The notes under the pieces were generated by a model that was given only the letters and a program-made list of their open reading frames with translations, was not told the origin of the DNA and did no database searches. Positions 38,733 through 51,675 of a stretch of 64,000 bases of DNA are shown one piece after another; position 1 is the first letter of the stretch; the number at the start of each line of letters is the position of its first letter. The position numbers were made by a program, and so were the translations under genes. This stretch comes from Octopus sinensis (taxonomy: Eukaryota), in the NCBI RefSeq assembly GCF_006345805.1, contig NC_043026.1, positions 5,146,001-5,210,000 of the forward strand, in the 5' to 3' direction.

Positions 38733-39566
38733 CTGTGGCATAACTACAGATGAACACCCCATCGACTTTGTTTCCTCATAACTTCCAGGAAAATGGATAT
38801 TTTTAATGGAACTTCCACTTTCATTTCCTAACAGAAAAGGATGCTCTCAAAAGAAATCCTCTTTTACAAAGCTCTTATTTAAATCCCTGTGGATAAATCC
38901 CAGCAAGAATCTTCTCAGGCTCTCCAATATTTTACAATTATATAAAGAGAAAGAATCGGGGGCCAGGAAGTGGGGCTAAAAATAATCAGAGATTTTTTAA
39001 ATATTCTTTTTATTTTTTTATAACATAAATGTGTTTCTGAGGGAAAAAATGATAAAAAAAAGAAGACAAGGAGGGTGGTGTGCTAGAAACAACAGCCAAA
39101 TCTCCCTTAAATCACACATTTTTTCCCTCGAACCCTTACAAAACATTTTGCCAACAAATTTCTTTGTAATCGTAATCTGCATCGTTTGAAAGTTATTTCT
39201 ACCAAATTTCATTCAAAAATACCCTTTTTTATGCAAAAATACCTTTATACACATGTATATACCTACATATACACACAGGTCTTTGCTATGTTTTTTAAAC
39301 ACATAAAACTCATAGATGCATACTTTTATAATATTTTACACTTAAACCGCCGCAGGACAATATTTTTAGAGTTGCTTCTTAAAGTGTCCTTCACTTTTTT
39401 TATGAACCCACAACAGCAACAACAACAACAACAACAACCCTACGAGGACGAAAGGCAATGTTTGTGCGTGTGTGCAGTTGGAATGTCACTGCAACAACAA
39501 CAACAATCTATTCTTTTTAAACGGTAAAAACTGTCAGATGCAGACTGCACACACGCACACACGACA

Positions 39567-40045
39567 CTGATGACGACGACGATGATGATGACGACGATGA
39601 TGATGATGATGGTGATGATGACGACGATGATGATGATGACGACGATATGATGATGATGACGACGACGATGCTGATGATGATGATGATGACGATGATGACG
39701 ATGATGATGACGACGATGATGATGATGACGATGATGGTGATGATGATGACGACGACGACGATGATGACGATGATGATAATGATGACGACGATGATGATGA
39801 TGACGATGATGGTGATGATGATGATGATGACGACGATGATGACGACGATGATGACGACGACGACCACGACGGCGGAGACGACGACGACGGCGGAGACGAC
39901 GACGACGGCGGAGGCGGCGGATACGACGACGACGACCACGACGGCGACGACGACCACGACGGCGACGACGGCCACGACGACGACGACGACTGCGGCGGAG
40001 ACGACGACCACCACCACGACGACGACGGCGGAGACGGCGGCGGTG
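39567..40045. repeat. Compound triplet repeat (GAT/GAC grading into GAC/GGC/CAC)
   Basis: Read directly; source of the poly-M/T, poly-S and poly-I/V pseudo-ORFs. Confidence 0.95.
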
Positions 40046-40432
40046 GTCGTCTGCCTTTTAATGGAGAATCAATGATTATGAAAGTCTCTGCTTTCGGACC
40101 AGACATTCCTATACATACATGCATGCGTATATATATATATATATACATATATATACATGCGTATATACACACACACACAAACATACATATTTATAGCCTT
40201 ATTTCTATACATACATTCCTAAATATGTGTATATATATATACTGTATATAAATACATGTACATATACTGTATATAAATATACACACACACACAAAGAGAG
40301 AGTGTTGAGGAATGTTACAACAATAAGTGTGTAGAATGCGATGTATGCGATGCAGGTTCGATTCCCGGGCGAAGCCATTTACAACAACAATAATAATAAT
40401 AAGAAGATTGAAGTTTAATATTTCTGGAAATA

Positions 40433-40438
40433 TTTATT
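40433..40438 (-). promoter_or_regulatory. Candidate AATAAA poly(A) signal overlapping the stop codon of the propeller gene
   Basis: Minus strand reads GAC AAA TAA ATA, so AATAAA contains the TAA stop. A T/GT-rich tract (ttattattattattgttgttgt) follows ~40 nt downstream. Confidence 0.35.
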
Positions 40439-43400
40439 TGTCAAAATAAAAGAAAGCAAAAGATTGACTTCCAGGAATAATTCCAAAAACCATCAAAGAA
40501 TTGTCTGAAACATCCAAACCAAGAACTTTAAAGACTTCATTATCATACCCTCTGAGGAGTAAATATTTTCGATTATCTTTAAATCCCAGGATTTCATCAT
40601 CTTCAGATGTTTCCTCTTCAATATGTCGAGGTATTTCGTAAATATTGTTTCTGAAATCTGTTATATAAACACATTCACCAATTATGGTCAGACGAGGTCT
40701 TGGAATATAATATTCCCGACCAATAAATATTCTTTCTCCTATTCTTATCCTCCTCACCAAAGACTTTTCCCTGAACCATTCCACAAAACACAAAACTTTC
40801 AATATTCCAGACCCCTTCTTCTTCATCTCCCACCTCACAACAACAACATCACCAAAAGATGTGACTCCCACACCATCCACCACCCCTTCGTCTCCCTCAA
40901 ACCTTCCCAATCTCCTCATCTCCCCACGACACACTTCATCTTTACATTTCCCATCTTTGAAATCAACCACATCCACATAATAAGGGTCAAAGATGTAGGG
41001 GTCTTTGTAAAAATAGTAATACTTGTTGTTTCTCCATTTTCTTTTGTATTTCATGTGTCTCTCTTTTTGAGTTATGTCTCTAATATAATGACCACCACAC
41101 ACGAGTTGATTGTCGTTGTATTTATAAATCCTGTTGTAGTATTTCTCAGTTCTGATGGTTTTTAAACGACGGAGATCCCTATCGAAGACCCTCATTTCTC
41201 TCCCAAAGGCGACAATGAAACATTCCTCTGTCCACCGACATATGTCCAGTGGTGTTCGTTGTTGTTGTTCATGTTGAAGTATGTCCACTGTTGTTGTTGT
41301 TGTTCTGATTAATGTGACACTTTCTCGAAACATCAACACACTCACATTCTCATCTAACTTAATTAGTTTACTGTTCCGGTCCCTAATGTCCCACAAATCA
41401 TAATCAACAGGTTCCTCGAATGCAGGAATGGAAAAAGGGACCATTGCTGTCCTATATGGAAATCTCCTCACTGATATTTCATCAATTCCTGAATTATTAA
41501 TCTCCGCTATGTAATTACCACATCTCACCTTTAATCTACCTTTACCAATTATTTCACCTGATTTACCTCTTCTTCTTCCTCCTCCATCTCCATCTCCTCC
41601 TCTGTATTCCAATTTATTAATTAATTCCTTACTGAATATTTCCTTGTTCGTTTCAGATGTAATGGAAGGGAAACGAAGACCAGAATCAAGATTTAATGAC
41701 GACACAGATTCCAGAATGTTCACTTGGTCCCCATCAATCTTTATGCAATGACATTCAATCAATTCATTATGTACACACCAGTAAATACCCGCCACTTTTC
41801 TCCATATTACACCATAAGGGATGAGACTCGACCAAACTTGAGATGTCTGCAAATCTTCTCCATTCAGTTGAAATATTTCTTTCCTTTTAGGAACCGTGGC
41901 CATTATGTGTGATTCTTGTGTAAAAACACACCACCAACTAAACTTGCAACATTTCTGTGACATAGCAACTGGCCGTCTTCATCGAATATTTTAACATTTC
42001 CATTATTGGCTTTTTCACACACAACTGTCTTTCCTTCCTCAGAGACATCAAAATCTTTTACTTGAACAGGACATTCGTCTGTTTGTAAACGAGCAACCGG
42101 GAAGCTGTCTCGATTCACCATAAACAACCCTTCAACATAAAATTCCTTCCTCCTGAGGCTTCCAACAAACCTTGGTCCTTTACAGTCTATACTGGAGAAA
42201 AGTACTCTATGTTTATAAATTCTTTCATTTAAAAATATTCTCTGGTATTCCCCATTCTGGGTCAAACACAAAATGTTTTCATATCTAGATGAACCTGAAC
42301 ATTTCTCCCACTCACCATAAATGTACAAAAAACTGTCATCAATTGTCATCCTGTCATCATCACTATAATAATCCTCCATGTAGTGTCTGACTGAATGTAA
42401 ATATTGACCACCACTGTTGAAGAAAATGATGAATCTTTCGTTAAAGACGATGATGACATCTTCATCAGTAACTTTAATATCCAGGATATCATCAGAACAA
42501 TTTCCATCTTCGTCTCTCAATATTAATGGTTCAGGTATGTCTATTTTTTTTATTTCCTTCACACTCGAATGTATTTCATCAATATCAACAAAATGCAAAT
42601 GTCTTCTATCTCCCGATTCACTCAAAACCAGTTGATTGTTTGATAAAGAAGCCACACAATAATATTTATTTCTCGTTTGGTAAATTACCAACGACAATGG
42701 AAATTCCACTTTTAATGTCAACAGTTGGTGTTTATTATTCGTAATGACCAGTGTGTTTGAATGCCATCGACACATTTTAATATAATAATAAACATTCACT
42801 TTGATTGAATCCAAAAGGTGACCATCCAATGTGAATATCTTAATGTTTCCATTCTTCCTGTCACATCCTGCAATCAGATTATTTTCAGTAAGAACCAAAC
42901 GATGAATCTCCACTGGTTCTTTGTCTCCCAAATGTTTAGGGAGAGGAATATGTCTGGCTTTATCAGAAACTGTCAGGTCCTGAAGATATAAAGTGGAAGA
43001 CAACATTTCACTGAGAGAAATGTTTCTGGAAAATACATCCACCAGGTCGATATAATAATTAAGTTGATTATTAGTAACGAGATCATTAACCAACAAATTC
43101 TGATCGTTTATGGCAAACATACGGCTTCTGTCTATCAGATAAACAGACGTTTGGTCAATAGATCCACCTTGGAGACTGAGGGGACGTTTCACTTGGGACA
43201 TTAAAACACTGGGGACCATCTGACGATCGCCATGACCACCACCACCTATTCTAGTGTTGTACTGAAAAGCTTTTCTCCTAGTAACAATTAATAGCTTTTC
43301 TGTTTTCTTGTCTATTGATAATGATTTCACAAACACAGGGATATTAATTGTCTTAATTACTTCAACTTGATTATAATAATTGATGGCTAAAATGTCTAAA

Positions 43401-45712
43401 TGTGATGGTTTATCACAATAACAAACAATTTCACATTCACCCATCTTACACACCCGTACATAAGGCTGCCTTAATGATACACTTCTCACTCTCTTTGATA
43501 GGTTTCCGATGACCCTTAATTGTTTCTGTAGGGGTAATGTGACCCCTATATGATTAGAATCCCATCGACATATATCTGTGGCTGTAGACGGCAGAGATAA
43601 TCTGGACACAATGTCTCCTTCCTCAGAAATGTACATCAAGCAATCATGCTTGATGTCAGACACCACCAACTGTCCATTGGACAGATTACATATTTCACCA
43701 ATGACAAGTTTTTGGTCATTCTCCTTTTCTTTGAGTCGTAGATTTAGATTTCTGATATAAGGATTTTTAATGGGTAAAAGGCAGGCAGACGACCGGTCTT
43801 GATACTTGTATAGAAGAACCCTGTTGAGTTGAGTGTCCGGGACATAAAGAGTTCCTTGGAAAACAGCAATGTGAGGGTGAACAGGGAAAGGCAGTTCCCA
43901 CTGCCATTTCATTTCTCCATATAGATCGTAACATCTGAGAATAGAGTGTCTCCTGAAGAGGACATAGAAATAAACATTATCAGAGTAGATGTGATGAGGG
44001 TAGCCATAGAATGGAAGGTATTTTTGAAAAAGTTCTTCACCACATGTGGAATAAAATACCATTTTATTTTCGTTTCCATCTACGACTACAAAATTAATTG
44101 GAGTTGCAGCAATGCTGACATTATGATGTCCCAGAGAAATTCTTTCTGCAATGTCAACTTTATCTTCGTTGATCAAGAGGATATGGACCTCGCTTTTGTT
44201 TTCAGTGGTGGTCACAGCCAGACACTTATTTGATACAATATGACATATTTTCATGTAACCAGTTTGCACCTTTATTAAAGGGCCTTTTCTTAGTTCAGGA
44301 CAGGTGATATACTGAAATCCTTTCATTTCAGGATAAAATACCAGGAATCTGTTTGCGTTTATTCTACAACAGAAAGAAGGAAGCTCAAGGAAAACTGAAT
44401 TATTTTGGTTAATTATTTCCCCGTTATCAGTGAATAATTTAGCTTTCTTGTTTTTGTAAATTATTAATATAGAAGATGTAGACATAGGTAGAATATCTGT
44501 AATGTTGTAGCAATCCTCAATATCAATATAGTCTTTTAAACTGGGGGTATGTAGCTGGTGGTTGTATGACAGTTTGGGCCAAAAGTCTTTATTCATTTGA
44601 ATACCATGTGGTTTGCCGCAATAATCTGTTACCAAAATGGTATCTTTACCAACAGAAATAGAGCGGCATTTCCTGCCAATGTCCCTCCTTGTTACACCAC
44701 CTTTAGCTGAAATCCTATAAATTATTTGTCCCTGGAGGACATAGAAATAATTTTGGTACAGAGAGATTTTACTTGGGAGGTGCAGAGAATGGGTCTCTAC
44801 CTCCCATAACTGTTGGCCATCCAGTTTGTAACAGATTACTCTGTTGATGCTGGCGAATGTAATTGCAAGTATATTCTGGACCCCTACAGCAATATCTGTA
44901 GGGGTTTCTTTGGTAATAAATTGATAGTTAATGGTGTTATCCTCCCAATCAAATTGGTAAACTGTCTTACCAAACATTTCTACACCTATAAGTGTAGAAT
45001 CTTCCAAGTAACTCACCATATATAACCCCAACTTTATCCTTTTGATCTTGAAGGTTTTGGGGCTGATAATAAGAATCATTTCTTGGAATGGGAGGGTTGC
45101 CAGAACCATGTCTTCACTGATTCTTGTGAAACTGGTCACAGAAGATGGACAATGGACATCAATTCTGTCACTGTCTCTTGTTACTAAACTTATTATCTTG
45201 CAATGGTGGGAATATGTCATAACTCCCTCCTCTATAATGACAATATTGGATATTATTGGGATTTCTTCAAATTCTTCTCCAGATTCCTTGATATTTGCTA
45301 CCCTGGTCACAACTAGCTGAAGAGGCCGAAATTTTGTTACTTTTGCTGGTTCTATGGTCTTGTGGTTGTATGGATTGCTGGTGACATAAATGTCAAAGAG
45401 TCTTTGTTGAAACCATTCAAGGTCCTGCACAATAGAAATATTCTGTTCTTTAGTATTTTTCAGCAAAATTCCAAGTCTCTCTTTGACCTTTTCTAAAATA
45501 GAATTGGCACTTAATCCCAGACTTTCATAATGTTTGCTCTCCTTAACTATATGCTCCATAAACATCATGCAGCGATCATATTGAAGAATCCTCTGTATTT
45601 TAGCAACTATTTGTTTTTCAGTTTCTTTTGTGCTTTCTTTGTCTCCAGACATGGCCTTCACTGCTGATTCTCTCTCTGAACTAACCCTAGTATTTTCAGT
45701 CTGGTCTTCCAT
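40434..45712 (-). CDS. ~1759-aa protein with six tandem NHL/six-bladed beta-propeller-like domains (TRIM-NHL C-terminal-like), single coding exon; appears as two ORFs (1269 aa and 509 aa) because of a 1-nt frameshift at ~41915
   Basis: The two overlapping long stop-free ORFs have normal globular composition. A motif recurs about every 800 nt: SFTRISEDMVLATLP, FCCRINANRFLVFYP, TDICRWDSNHIGVTLP, KMCRWHSNTLVIT, GGVCFTQESHIMATVP, LDICRWTEECFIVAF. NHL-like D...GNIKIFTLDG / NGNVKIFDEDG motifs are present. The copy at 15.8 kb reads through the junction in frame. Span is 5279 nt, plus 1 nt = 1760 codons including the stop. Domain identity is from motif recognition, not an HMM run. Confidence 0.8.
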
Positions 45713-45719
45713 AGTGAAT

Positions 45720-45756
45720 CTGTAAAGAAATATAAGGAAAACATTTAGCTTTGTGA
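45720..45756 (-). promoter_or_regulatory. Splice acceptor (branch-like CTAAA, polypyrimidine tract, CAG) immediately upstream of the large coding exon
   Basis: Minus strand reads gctaaatgttttccttatatttctttacAG|ATTCACT-ATG-G. AG is at 45721-45720, the ATG at 45712 has A at -3 and G at +4. Confidence 0.7.
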
Positions 45757-47796
45757 AAATATTAAAGTTTCAGGGAGATGATGTTTGCTTCATCATTTGA
45801 AAAACACAAACAAAACATTTATGTATTTTTGTCAGGGAATTAATCTTGTCTAATTAATATCTAAACAACTTATTACAATCTATTATAAGATGTATTAATA
45901 AGTGTCATTAATTACATGGAGTCTAAATATTAGAAATAATTATTTTCACTGGAAATGATATTTGCTCTCAACATCACAAAGAAATAGTCATGTGTGGCTT
46001 AGATTTATTTAACGATAATTAGTCAAAGAGATTCCCCTGCTCCAAAAGCACTCAATAACGAGACACTAAGCTGTAGAGATAATTAACTTTAATTGGTGTA
46101 CATGCTATATTATGTCCCAACACACAGCAATCATGTTCAAACTTCGTTAACATGGAACAATTAGCAAAACATAGACTTTATTATGTTTCATAGACATTTG
46201 TCAGATACAAGTATTACTAATGATGGGACAGTCATGGTTGGCTTGGTTTCCATCATATTTACTTGGATTAACAGATATGAATAAAGCTGGAGATGAAACT
46301 GTTCTTAACCTGACAAATGCTGTAAATCTCTCGACATTTCAATATAATCCACACAATTATCATACACAACATTGATTAACTCGGAAAGCTTATCCGAAGA
46401 TGGGCTTTCATATAATCACACTGATAGACAGCATGTTGAGAGGATCGTTATTATTTGTTGCTGATTGAGATAATAAAGATTGGTTAATGAATAAGCCCAA
46501 TTAATGAAAGTTAGGTTCATCTTAATTATCTTTAATATAAGGGACAATGTTTGGGTAGCAATGAGAAAGATGTGTTTGTATGAAAAAGGGGTTTGGCAGG
46601 TGAAGTGTGTTTTGTTTTGTGTCAGGTGAGGAGTTATAACTTGGTGTAGTTTATTATGAAGTATTGGGTGTTTAATGAGGTGGATTAGGAAATATTGGTG
46701 GGGGTGTTTAATGACATTGTGGTGACCCATCATCATCAGAATGATCCTCCACCCCTCCTTGGTCTATGAAATAATAACTGTTACTCTATTGACCCCAGGA
46801 GGAATGAAAAATAAAAGAGACCTTCTTCAGGATGTCAGCTCTTTGAATAAACATGGACTAAACAACAACATATTTTGGAGAAAAGCTGGATAAGGCTATG
46901 TTGTTGTTATTGCTGTTGATGTTGACAACAAAGTTTATAAAGAGAAAAGCAGATAATTGCAAATATTTCAATTGTAAAATTAAATTGGAATGAATGTTTA
47001 TGTTTCATTTGTGCCATTATTTGGTTATTTTGGGGAAGAAAAACCTACAAAACCCCTCATAATAATTAGACTTTAATCTAATTGTAGATGTATTTATTAC
47101 ACATGCATACATATATATGAATGAATGTGTATAATATATACACAAGGATGCAACATATGTATATTTATACATCCATACGTCTATGTATGTATGATGATCA
47201 TCATTTTACCTCCACTTCCAATGCTGGAATGGGTTGGATGGTTCAGAGAATATCTTGCCTGAAGTTCCAGTTTTTCTGGTTTCTTTCTGCAGCTGGATGC
47301 TCTCCTGACACCAACCACTGCACAATGTGCACTAGGTGCATCTTATGGCACCATCGCTAGAGGCGATGCCGTCCTTGACAAAACTAAATGTCCCCTCAAT
47401 CTCTGGGTTCACATACACCTTGTGGATGTGTGAGAGATCTAGGGTAAAAATATATGAAAAGGAGTGGTTTGGGTGTTGGGGAGAGACCCAGGTGGTCCAG
47501 TAATATCCTAGTTTCATTGAAGAATGGTGAAGGAAGAGATTTACTGCCATCTTTGTCACAGCAGTAAGATAGTAGAGTAAAAAGAAGAAGAGAGAGTGAT
47601 TGAGAGATGAAAGACAGAGGTAGGGGTGATTGGGACGTGACAGTAGGGACTCAAGGTCTGAGAGTTGACACTCATCAAACTGGTTTTTGGAGGTCTGGGA
47701 ATATACCTCCAAAGAACCAGTTTGATAAATGCTAATAAACGAAACTTTCGGATCTTGGGTCACTTTGTTACTTCTGCTAAATATTAATATATATAT

Positions 47797-47827
<31 letters not shown>

Positions 47828-47828
<1 letters not shown>

Positions 47829-49317
47829 TATCAAAGGGCCTTAGAGTCAACCTAGCTAAAACCAAAGTCCTAATAAGTAGGAAGGCAGGCAAACCACAAA
47901 CCCCTTCAGGTAGATGGCCCTGCACAATCTGTAGTAGAGGTGTAGGTAGAAACTCTAAGATGTACCCAGTGTAAGCTATGGACACATAAGAGGTGCAGCA
48001 ACGTCAAGGGAAGGCTAACTAGGAAAATAGTTTTTGTATATGGCAGATGCTTGGGAGCTATAAATACTGAAAATGTGCAGAGATCAACTTCCGCCACATT
48101 CCAGGAAGAAAAACTAGAAGTAGTTGATAGCTTCCGTGGACTAGGTGACAAAGTCAGTAGCAGGGGAGGGTGCACTGAAAGTGTGGCTGCTAGAATAAGA
48201 ATAGCTTGGGCAAATTTCAGAGAGCTCTTACCTCTGCTGGTGACAAAGGGCCTCTCACTCAGAGTAAAAGGTAGACAGTATGTCACATGTGTACGAACAG
48301 CCATGCTACATGGCAGTGAAACATGGGCTGTGACTGCTGAGAACATATGTAAGCTCACAAGGAATGAAGCCAGTATGCTCTGATGGATGTGTAATGTCAG
48401 TGTGCATACTCGAGAGAGTGTAAGTACCTTCAGAGAAAAGTTGGACCTAAGAAGCATCAGATGTGGTGTGCAAGAGAGACAACTGTGCTGGTATGGTCAT
48501 GTGGCAAGAATGGATGAGGATAGCTGTGTGAGAAAGTGCCACACCATAGCGGTTGAGGGAACCTGTGGAAGAGGTAGACCCAGGAAGATCTGAGATGAAG
48601 AGGTGAAGCACGACCTTCGAACTTTAGGCCTCACCAAGGAAATGACTAGTGACCGCGACTTTTGGAAATATGCCGTGTGTGAGAAGACCCAGCAAACCAA
48701 ATGAGACCATAACCTCGTGGCCTATGCCAGGGGCATAACCAGCCCACTTATGCATACCTTTTCCTTCTTTGGACGACTTAAACTCTGCTTGCGAAGACCT
48801 GTTGATCAAGTGAAATCAAAATCAAATTCGATGACTAGCGTCCGTAGCGGCTAACTGGCTTCTGTGCCAGTGGCCCTTAAAAGGCACCCTTCGATTGTGA
48901 TCGTTACAAGCGTCACCTTACTGGCACTCGAGCCCCGTGCTTGTAGGGTATTAAGAGCACCATCCGAGCGTGATCGTTGCCAGAGCGGCTAACTAGCCTC
49001 CATGCCGTTGGCACATAAAAGTCACCATTCGAGTGTGATAGTTACCAGCATCGCCTTACTGGCACCTGTGCCGGTGGCATGTGTAAAAGATTTGAGCAAG
49101 GTCATTACCAGTATCGCGTGACTGGCCCCGTGCCAGTGACACGTAAAAGCACCCACTACACTCTCGGAGTGGTTGGCGTTAAGAAGGGCATCCAGCTGTA
49201 GAAACTCTGCCAGATCAACATTGGAGCCTGGTGCAGCCATCTGGTTCACCAGACCTCAGTCAAATTGTCCAACCCATGCTAGCTTGGAAAGTGGACGTTA
49301 AACGATGATGATGATGA
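47828..49317 (+). mobile_element. 5'-truncated RTE LINE with tandem-repeat 3' UTR and (GAT)n tail
   Basis: KGLRVNLAKTK, LEVVDSF, LRVKGR, WYGHV, GRGRPRK motifs; tail aagggcatccagctgtagaaac...gttaaacgatgatgatgatgat. Confidence 0.85.
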
Positions 49318-50574
49318 TATATACATACATACAGATATACATAAATGGACATATGTAAATATATGAATATACCTTCACATACCCGTGTATAAATGTTTGT
49401 GTCTATGTATGTTTATAGATATGAATCAATGAATGACAAAAGAACAAGAGTTACATAGACACCTTCATTAGCTTCCAGCTGTTTCTGCTACAGGAAGCGG
49501 TGAACTCGAGCTGAGTGTGTGTGCGCATAGGTGTCTGTGCATTTGTTTATGTTTGCAATCTCTTTTAAGTTGCTCCAGGCAGAAACATCTGTCAACCAAT
49601 CACCCCCACCTTGGAAGACATGGGAAATATGAACTTTTGTTCTTGCAAAATGGTTTTGGGTGAGCAATAAGAAGGCTGTCTGTCTGTAAAACAAGGCTAC
49701 AATAATATATTCACCTAACCCATGCTAGCATACAAAATCAGATGTGCAATCAAACATAAGTAAACCCATGTTTATGCATTCATATACTCTTATGCATGCA
49801 TAAACACACACACACACGTGTATGTGTGCATCTGGTGTTAAGAAGATCATCCAGCTGTAGAAATCTTGCCAAATCTTTCATTGGAGCTCAGCAATGTCCT
49901 CTGGTTCACTGCTTCCTCGTCAACTGTCCTACCCATGCCAGTTAGGGAAAATGGATGTCAAAACCTTTATAATACATCAGGTGGTGTATTTTCTTTTCTG
50001 TATTTTCCTTCTAATAATTTTGTTTTGTTTCTTGCCAGGTTCTTGTGAGTCCCACTCAGTCAAGTCTATGACTACACTCGATGAGGCTTACCAATCCTCA
50101 CCTGGTTTCAAGCAAGAGAATATTTCCCCAAGTTCTTCCAACATGAACAGCACAATGGTTGGATATGTTTTCTGGTGGAACACTGCAAACAAACGACTCT
50201 GTTTGTTGACGTGACATTTGTTTATAATTCGCAGTAGATGTCAAGACAAGGAGACATGAGCAGACATTTGCACACACACACACACACACACACATACATG
50301 CATACACATACAAGTACAAATGTAGATATGCATACATGAATATACACCCACATGTATATACCATAGGATTTATCAGTTCCATGTACGAAACCCATTCACA
50401 AGGCTTGAATCAACCTGGAACATTAGAAGAAGTTAATTCTTTAAGGTGCTGCAAAGTGGGACTGAACCTGAGACCACAAGGTTCTGAAGTGAATTTCTTA
50501 ACCATACAGCTATGCCCCCAAATTTTTTTGGTAATATTTTAAAGATAATAATAATCCTTTCTACTATAGGCATA

Positions 50575-50766
50575 AGGCCTGAAATTTTGGGTGTGGGGGG
50601 TTAATTGATTATGTCACCCCCCAGCACCTAACTGGTTCTTATTTTATCAATCCCAAAAGGACGAGGGGCAAAATCACCCTTGGTGGAATTTGAACTCAAA
50701 ATGTAAACTTGGAAGAAATGATGCAAAGTATTTTGTCTGGCATTTTGTAACAATTCTGCTTGTTCA

Positions 50767-50814
<48 letters not shown>

Positions 50815-51226
50815 GGAGAAGAATATCAATAACTATAACAATAACAACATCAATAATAATAATAATAATAATAATAATAATTATAACAATAATAATAATA
50901 ATAATAAAAATAATAATAATAACAATAACAATAATAATAATTGATAATAATAATAATAACAACAACAACAGCAATGATTAAAAAAAATTCTTTTTTAAAT
51001 GATTTCCAGTTTTGGCGCAAGGCCAGCAAGTTTAAGGAAGGGTCCAGTCTATTACACTGACCCCAGTACTCAACTTGTACTTAATTTATCGATCCAAAGA
51101 GGATGAGAGGCTAAGTCAACCTTGGTGGAATTTGAACTCAGAATGTAAAGATGGACAAAATGCCGCTCAACATTTTGCTTTGCTTCCTCACAATTCTGCC
51201 AGGACGTCACAGTAATTATAATGATA

Positions 51227-51272
<46 letters not shown>

Positions 51273-51636
51273 TAATAATAATGATAATAATATAATATAA
51301 TAATATGATATAATAATAATAAATAATAATATAAATAATGATAATAATAATAATAATAATATAATAGAATAATAATGATAATATAATAGAATAATAATAA
51401 AATAATAATAATAATAAAATAAAATAATAATAATAATAATAATGAATAATAATAAAAAAAATAAAAATAATAATAATAATATTATAACAATAAAATAATA
51501 ATATAATATAATAATAATAATAAAATAATAATTATAACAAAATAATAATACATAATAATGATAATAATAATAATAATAATATAATAATAAAAAAAAAAAA
51601 TAATAAAATAATAATAATAATAATAATAATTATAAC

Positions 51637-51675
<39 letters not shown>

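Noticed and set aside
39517-40184. Poly-Met/Thr, poly-Ser and poly-Ile/Val ORFs of 142-216 aa
   Set aside because: They are translations of the triplet microsatellite in different frames. The acidic frame is broken at ~39645, and there are no splice or start signals.
40335-40378. tRNA-like 3' half (ggttcgattcccgggcgaagcca)
   Set aside because: Only a B-box/T-arm is recognisable and no cloverleaf can be built; probably a SINE-head relic.
40623-45320. Plus-strand ORFs of 60-180 aa opposite the propeller gene
   Set aside because: Antisense shadows of a long coding sequence, with no independent motifs.
46100-46380. Stop-poor plus-strand stretch upstream of the propeller exon
   Set aside because: It is on the wrong strand to be an upstream exon and has no recognisable motif; possibly decayed TE.
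48820-49170. Repeat-spacer-like periodicity resembling a CRISPR array
   Set aside because: The units are degenerate along their whole length, lie in an RTE 3' UTR, recur in other RTE copies, and there are no cas genes in this eukaryotic context.
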